Positions 58,988 through 64,000 of a stretch of 64,000 bases of DNA are shown here, piece after piece. The DNA lies in assembly GCA_963674705.1 (NCBI GenBank), contig OY771506.1, positions 4,224,001 through 4,288,000 on the forward strand, written 5' to 3'. The stretch is from Phycisphaeraceae bacterium. Its GTDB lineage: Bacteria > Planctomycetota > Phycisphaerae > Phycisphaerales > Phycisphaeraceae. Numbering within the stretch: position 1 is the stretch's first letter; each line of letters opens with the position of its first letter. A program made the position numbers and the translations under genes. Under the pieces are notes generated by a model. The model searched no databases. It was not told where the DNA came from and saw nothing but the letters and a program-made list of their open reading frames with translations.

Positions 58988-59440
58988 TCACCTCCGCATC
59001 ATCAAGACCAGACCTAAGAACCCCGCGACGATCAACGCACCAACAGTCAGGCTACGCCGTGCCGCTTCCTGCTTTGCAACAGCGACCGCCCTATCCTGCT
59101 CAAGCTGTGCCGTGTCCTGATTCTTTAGCGAGCCGTAGCTATCACGCTCGATCTTGTCCACGCTCTCACGTGTGAAGTCGAGTATCTCGGCTTGCAGACG
59201 GTTTACACCCGCCCCAGCCAGCTTGTTGAAACTGTCCTGAAAGAAGTCGCCTAAGCCACTGAACAGACCGCCCGATCCGTTAGACACTTCACCGCGTGTC
59301 CCCGCCGATAAGTCCTGCGTCACTGTGAAATTCTCCAACGGGCTCGAACCGTTTGTAAGCGGATCAAAACTGATCGACCCAGCGTCCAAGACGCTCGGCG
59401 ACGGAAACGACTCGCCAAAATCAAAAGACATTAACGACAT
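58988..59440 (-). CDS. Provirus membrane protein immediately downstream of the MCP (P3-like position)
   Basis: AGGAGGT Shine-Dalgarno; C-terminal TM segment followed by RR. Confidence 0.72.
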   Translation of the reverse strand: MSLMSFDFGESFPSPSVLDAGSISFDPLTNGSSPLENFTVTQDLSAGTRGEVSNGSGGLFSGLGDFFQDSFNKLAGAGVNRLQAEILDFTRESVDKIERDSYGSLKNQDTAQLEQDRAVAVAKQEAARRSLTVGALIVAGFLGLVLMMRR

Positions 59441-59461
59441 CGAGATACCTCCTCGAACCGT

Positions 59462-59511
59462 AAAACCGCACCCGGCCGGGATAGCCTTGACCCGGCCGGG
59501 AAACGCTGCGG
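59462..59511 (-). terminator. Hairpin/terminator after the capsid gene
   Basis: Two copies of the palindromic 10-mer CCCGGCCGGG with flanking CCGCA/TGCGG and TTTT on the minus strand. Confidence 0.6.
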
Positions 59512-59515
59512 CTTA

Positions 59516-60520
59516 TCACCTCGCGACGGGTTCGCGGATGTAGTCTTCGATCACGTAAATCTTGGCGTCCGTGCCGGTCGTCACGTCCAGCGTGATTTCC
59601 ATTTCCTGACTGCCAAAGACGCTCAACAACTGCTCGGGATGGTTCATATGAGCGATATCGAGCCGATGCAAGCCGACCAACTCGGTATCGTCCAAGTTGT
59701 AATCAAGCATGTTCTGAACTCGCAAACGCTCGGCCGAAACACTTCGTACACTGGTCTGGCCGATGTCGATCCGCACATTGTTCAACACGGCATCGGACCA
59801 CGCACCATTGACGAACGACAGGAACGTCAGAGACGAGTATTGCTTGCCCGTACCCAGCTTGATACGCAAGTCGGTAGTGGACGACGTGACGGGCTGGATG
59901 CGGTAATTGATGAACCGCCGCCAGTATGGCCAGCCGATGCCGCCGCGTGAACCATTGACACCTCTGGCAACTGCCATTGTGTCAACTTCCAGCTTTGTAT
60001 CGCTTGAAATCGAAGACGTTCCGGCACCGCCTGCTGCGATGTCGTCCGCGTCTCCCCACTTCACATCAAGCGTAAGCTCGTTTTCATTCGTCGCATCAAG
60101 CAGCGACTGATAAGAGCCGATGTCGATCGGCAGGCGGAATCCGATGTCAAACGACTGTGCTGCACCCGCACCGACATCAGACCACGTAGGACGATGCCCG
60201 CCAGTCTCGAAGACGTTCAGCCACGGCATGTAGAAGCCCGGCAGACGGATAAGCTTGCTGTCGCCGTTAAGCACAAGCTCTATTTCCCGGATCAGGTCCA
60301 TCGCACCATTTACCGGAGCAACAAACGCCGTACCCGGCGTAGCCGTACCGCTCAACCGGCATTCAATCGACTGGATCGGTAATTGACGATCAATCTCGGT
60401 GTTCGCCGGATTGTTTTCGTCGTACTTGATCGGAATTTCCGTTTTGTTCGGCATGAACATCGCCAGACGCATCGCTGCATCGACGACCGGAAGCCCCGTA
60501 TTAATCCCAAAACTACGCAT
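59516..60520 (-). CDS. Candidate double jelly-roll major capsid protein
   Basis: 334 aa, beta-strand-rich, no TM. Two halves have similar patterns (IREIELVLNG / LNNVRIDIG; ELTLDVKW / EMEITLDV). Located after the ATPase and a small TM gene. Confidence 0.7.
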   Translation of the reverse strand: MRSFGINTGLPVVDAAMRLAMFMPNKTEIPIKYDENNPANTEIDRQLPIQSIECRLSGTATPGTAFVAPVNGAMDLIREIELVLNGDSKLIRLPGFYMPWLNVFETGGHRPTWSDVGAGAAQSFDIGFRLPIDIGSYQSLLDATNENELTLDVKWGDADDIAAGGAGTSSISSDTKLEVDTMAVARGVNGSRGGIGWPYWRRFINYRIQPVTSSTTDLRIKLGTGKQYSSLTFLSFVNGAWSDAVLNNVRIDIGQTSVRSVSAERLRVQNMLDYNLDDTELVGLHRLDIAHMNHPEQLLSVFGSQEMEITLDVTTGTDAKIYVIEDYIREPVAR

Positions 60521-60567
60521 GTTTCACCCTTTCAAATGGTGCGAACGCTACCCAGTGAACCGATGGC

Positions 60568-60690
60568 TTAGAGGCCCGGAACCTTGGCGAACATACGCGA
60601 GACGAAGGGGGTAATTACGGCACCGATCGCCACACCGATTGCGGTGATGATGATGGTGTTAACGTTCGACTTGCTTAACAGACTGGCCAC
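60568..60690 (-). CDS. Unannotated 40-aa membrane protein (PM2 P7-like position)
   Basis: GTG start with an AGGAGGT Shine-Dalgarno; MASLLSKSNVNTIIITAIGVAIGAVITPFVSRMFAKVPGL*. Confidence 0.8.
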   Translation of the reverse strand: MASLLSKSNVNTIIITAIGVAIGAVITPFVSRMFAKVPGL

Positions 60691-60764
60691 TTTGGCACCT
60701 CCTAAATGGGGTTATTGGTTTCACAAAGACATAAACCACGTACCCACCAGCGAGAAAGTCAAGT

Positions 60765-61280
60765 CTAAAACACGACTTTGCCAGATTTGATCGGCTCGCC
60801 GCGTCGCTTCGCGTAGTAGTGCAACGGGCTCAACTCACACGCCCGACGCAATTCAGGATCGGCCCAATCCTCTGACAAGTCGCGTGCATCGTCTGCACCC
60901 ACTAAGAACGCAAACAACATGCCGCACTGATCGCGGGCCGACAGATCAAGCATCTTGTGCCGCTGCGCTATCAACGCAACGCTATGGCCTTGATGCCGCC
61001 CGCGTGTAAGCATCGGCAACGCCTGATCTCGATACTGCCTGAACACATCCGCCGCCTCATCAATGAACGCCAGACACCCACGCGACGCCCAAAACACCTC
61101 CCGAAAATGCGACCAGTCAGAACAAACCAGCCCCGACCATCCGTTAGCGTTTGGCCCACTGGATCGACCGATCGGATCGTAGATAATGCACGGCGTGCCG
61201 TCGCTACTCGCCGTATTTGAAAGCCTTTTTGCTAGGGCCGTCTTTCCGCTTTCCGTCTGGCCCACTATTTGAATGTGCAT
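60765..61280 (-). CDS. FtsK/HerA-superfamily genome packaging ATPase (P9-like)
   Basis: Walker A GQTESGKT, Walker B AFIDEA, Arg finger RGRHQG, IAQR. Confidence 0.85.
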   Translation of the reverse strand: MHIQIVGQTESGKTALAKRLSNTASSDGTPCIIYDPIGRSSGPNANGWSGLVCSDWSHFREVFWASRGCLAFIDEAADVFRQYRDQALPMLTRGRHQGHSVALIAQRHKMLDLSARDQCGMLFAFLVGADDARDLSEDWADPELRRACELSPLHYYAKRRGEPIKSGKVVF

Positions 61281-62040
61281 CGGGCTTTTTCTCCGGCTTG
61301 CCGCTTTCCGTCGTTTCCTTCACCGTCCACCGCTTGAGCATCACACGGCCAACGTACGCCGCCGTGAACAAGAAAACAGCTATCAATGGGTGCAACCTCC
61401 AACCCGACGCAACAGCCGACGCTGACCGCCTGATGCTTGCACGCTCCGCGTCGGTAGGTGGCTCACCTATCGCCGCTTCCGTCGTGTTCAAAGCGATATC
61501 TGCGATCACCTCCCCCGCCTCTGGCCCAAGCTCGACGCCCGGCTTAACCGGCTCCGCTGCCACTTGCGGAGCCGTGGCTTGCGACGGATCGGGCCGGGTC
61601 GGGTCGATGATACGACCCGGCCCAGCCGATACGCTGGCATCCGTGCCCCTTGGCTTGACGTTTGGCTTGCTGGTATGGTCGCCGCCCTTGAACGTTGAAC
61701 CGTCCAACAGCTTTTCACCCTCGCGAGGTTTTCGCGGTCGACCGCCTTTTTTGTTCTTGAATACCGGCACGCCACGACGGACGATCGGTTTACCATCTTC
61801 GCCGAACTGGAATAACTCCGCTGGCATCTTCAAAAACTTGGGTTTTATGTAATCCCCGCCACGACCGGACGCGGCCGGGGTTTGGGTTTCAGCGTTTGGA
61901 GTTTTCGACGGCAAGGGTACATTTCTTGCAGCGTCGGCTTTTACTTTGTCGCTGATATCCCCAACCCCGGCCAACGGTTCGGCCGTGCTGGTGGTTTCTA
62001 AACTGGGAATCGGCTTATTAACTGGTTGCTGGGTTTCCAT
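61204..62040 (-). CDS. Provirus Pro/Lys-rich protein with a C-terminal TM helix
   Basis: Disordered N-terminus including GGRPRKP (AT-hook-like); TM segment HPLIAVFLFTAAYV. Confidence 0.7.
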   Translation of the reverse strand: METQQPVNKPIPSLETTSTAEPLAGVGDISDKVKADAARNVPLPSKTPNAETQTPAASGRGGDYIKPKFLKMPAELFQFGEDGKPIVRRGVPVFKNKKGGRPRKPREGEKLLDGSTFKGGDHTSKPNVKPRGTDASVSAGPGRIIDPTRPDPSQATAPQVAAEPVKPGVELGPEAGEVIADIALNTTEAAIGEPPTDAERASIRRSASAVASGWRLHPLIAVFLFTAAYVGRVMLKRWTVKETTESGKPEKKPDAHSNSGPDGKRKDGPSKKAFKYGE

Positions 62041-62106
62041 AAAGGCACTATTAAGCCCCCATGATTAACCCATGCAACTTATTACCTGTACTTTCCCGAT
62101 TAGGTT

Positions 62107-63708
62107 TTACGCTGTATAGCCTACCCTTTGTATGCATTCGTCGAATAATGCTTTTTCTGGCTGTTGTCGGCGTTTTGGTTCTGGCTGTGCCTGGGGTTTT
62201 GCTTGTGGGATTACCACTTGCTGCCGCTTGGCTTGTTCCCTGTCCGCGTCATGAGCGAGCCGTCGATAAAACTGCTGGCCCATCTCAATTGAGCCGTCTG
62301 GCAACCGGGTTTTACGATCGGTTGCAGCACCGTATGACACCAGACGCAAAGCCTCACCCCGCAGAATCCGACGATACCTGATCGCGTCGCGGAACTTCTG
62401 GCCAATGTCCCTGTACTTGGCTACTTTTTCACGCACCGCCGCCGCGATCGCCCACGGCTGTTTTTCCAACTGCTCGGCCGCGTCGACCAGATCACGCACC
62501 TCTGCCGCCAGATCTACCGAAGACAACTCCGAGATATCCCGGTCTGAATCAATCGCTATCAGGCTTGACCAGCAACCGACAATCTGCCGCACCAACTGCG
62601 ACCGCTCAGACTTCACAGGCTCGGCCAGAATCACCGGCTTTGCTTCACCCATCCCGAACCATCCCCGCTCGACTGCGAGCCACCACGGCAGCGTATGCTG
62701 CATCGTGTGATGCTTTCGCGGATCATCAACTACCCTCAACCACTTGCGAGTAAGGTAGGCCCACACGTTGCCCAACTGTGAAAGCATGTCTTCAGCGTCG
62801 CCGACGCCCATCTCTTTTATCTTCTGTCGGCGTAGCTGAAATTCGACTCGGATCACACGATGATTTTCCGGCACGGCTTCGATGCCCCACACATCATAAA
62901 ACCACTGCTTTTCCCCCTTCTTTTTCTGTATCTCTACTGGCTTATCGTATAGCCTTGCTTTCAACGGAGCCGACGCACCTCCTACACCGATGCCGGTTAT
63001 CCGTCGCGACGTTCGCCACTGTGCCGTATCGACCGCCCGCGTTACAAAGTGTTCCTCAAGCCCCGCATGGAAGTCATCGTCACGGATCAGCACATCAACG
63101 CACAGATCGGCCCGGCTCGCCTTCACATCTTGTACACGCCCGCCGTGCCGCTCAATGAGCCGACGTAAGTAAAGCATCAACACTTTGACCGTGTAACGCC
63201 AACACCCCTCCGACCTCACCTCGACGATCATAGACGGCTTCGACATCGGCGATAACCACGAACCCATTTTGATTGTGAGATACCGCGACTCAATCAGCCA
63301 GCTATAACCGTTAACACCGAACGCACGGACATTGGCGACCAGATCACCCCACGCGGCCGGCCCGTCGATCACGATCGGTTCACGCTCGCCTGATCGCTCA
63401 ACAGCTTTCGACTTGGCATCGTCCAGCAGGTCAAACAATGCAGGACGTGCCGATCCATGCGTTGCATGCTCACCCCTCGACCAGTCGATATTGACAGCCG
63501 CGACGAATGTATCCACGCCGTATGACAACACGCGGGCGGGCTGATCGTCGCCCAGTGGATCGCATGGCAACCGGCACGGCCGCATTTCCTCGACCTGATC
63601 GGGGAGGTTGAACCCCCCGCCACTCACGTTAGCGGGGGGGCTGATAGTCACCAGCCCCCCAGTATCCGAACCGCCGATTTTTGGAACCTCTACACCTCCA
63701 AACCTCAT
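62107..63708 (-). CDS. Rolling-circle replication initiator, Rep_trans-like
   Basis: GVDTF, SRADLCVD, ARLYDK (putative catalytic Tyr), RVEFQLRR. Confidence 0.8.
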   Translation of the reverse strand: MRFGGVEVPKIGGSDTGGLVTISPPANVSGGGFNLPDQVEEMRPCRLPCDPLGDDQPARVLSYGVDTFVAAVNIDWSRGEHATHGSARPALFDLLDDAKSKAVERSGEREPIVIDGPAAWGDLVANVRAFGVNGYSWLIESRYLTIKMGSWLSPMSKPSMIVEVRSEGCWRYTVKVLMLYLRRLIERHGGRVQDVKASRADLCVDVLIRDDDFHAGLEEHFVTRAVDTAQWRTSRRITGIGVGGASAPLKARLYDKPVEIQKKKGEKQWFYDVWGIEAVPENHRVIRVEFQLRRQKIKEMGVGDAEDMLSQLGNVWAYLTRKWLRVVDDPRKHHTMQHTLPWWLAVERGWFGMGEAKPVILAEPVKSERSQLVRQIVGCWSSLIAIDSDRDISELSSVDLAAEVRDLVDAAEQLEKQPWAIAAAVREKVAKYRDIGQKFRDAIRYRRILRGEALRLVSYGAATDRKTRLPDGSIEMGQQFYRRLAHDADREQAKRQQVVIPQAKPQAQPEPKRRQQPEKALFDECIQRVGYTA

Positions 63709-63887
63709 TGCTCGCCCCCCTTCTCCCGCTTCGCGTTACGGATCACCTGGCTATCTGTAACGCTTTCTTTCTTACGCTCACGATATGCCTTCTGACGGCA
63801 TTTCGAACTGCAATACCTAGCGTCAGCCTGCCCAACGAAGTACCCCCCGCACTGACGGCAACTACGGTGATAATGGCCCCAACTCAT
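63705..63887 (-). CDS. Small zinc-finger protein
   Basis: CRQCG...ARYCSSKCRQKAYRERK; ATGA-coupled to rep. Confidence 0.7.
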   Translation of the reverse strand: MSWGHYHRSCRQCGGYFVGQADARYCSSKCRQKAYRERKKESVTDSQVIRNAKREKGGEQ

Positions 63888-64000
63888 GCCGCACCCCCCA
63901 TCAGCAACACAGACAAGCACCGACGCGGCAACCGCTCGCGACGCTTGCTGTCAAACATGAACACGTCCGAAATCCCGTCATTCTCAAGCAGACGCCCCAG

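Larger units (their letters stand above)
55344..64000 (-). mobile_element. Integrated tailless provirus of the PM2/PRD1-like (double jelly-roll) lineage; continues past the window end
   Basis: Co-oriented, tightly coupled genes in the order Zn-finger, Rep_trans Rep, membrane protein, packaging ATPase, 40-aa TM protein, candidate MCP, small TM proteins, vertex-like paralogues. No tail, terminase or portal genes seen. Confidence 0.8.

Noticed and set aside
62061..62381. Plus-strand hydrophobic 106-aa ORF antisense to the rep 3' end
   Set aside because: It lies almost entirely within rep on the opposite strand, has no Shine-Dalgarno, and its hydrophobicity is explained by the Gln/Lys/Pro codons of rep.
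55344..64000. Filamentous phage (inovirus) or plain integrated plasmid
   Set aside because: The ATPase is short, has no TM anchor and is not Zot-like. A large soluble capsid-sized gene and vertex-like paralogues are present, and no conjugation genes were seen.

Overview
A GC-rich bacterial chromosome segment, most likely from Planctomycetota (probably Phycisphaerae). This is inferred from the PEP-CTERM proteins with dockerin-like repeats, a prepilin/H-X9-DG protein and CPxCGY[DN]L zinc ribbons. Positions 1-55.3 kb are host DNA: a truncated tandem SUKH-3-like immunity gene with palindromic repeats, an isolated rplK-rplA-rplJ-rplL operon, a DASS transporter, dinG, arsR-arsM-arsC, ggt, eno, tRNA-Arg(CCT), a minimal T2SS/pilus-like operon containing an ECF sigma factor, housekeeping genes (rsmG, asnB, aspS, ribE, gluQ, purN, mltA, putA, cmk, plsC, cstA, nadB, hisA), and a CxxC/RAPP leader followed by two Met/His-motif PEP-CTERM paralogues. 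The main discovery runs from about 55.3 kb to the window end: a compact, all-minus-strand, apparently intact tailless provirus of the PM2/PRD1-like (double jelly-roll) lineage. It encodes a Rep_trans-type initiator, an FtsK/HerA-type packaging ATPase, an unannotated 40-aa membrane protein, a 334-aa candidate major capsid protein, small membrane proteins and two paralogous vertex-like proteins. No integrase is visible, and the element abuts a 28-bp dif-like XerC/XerD site. Its far end lies outside the window. All family calls come from motif recognition by eye, not database searches.
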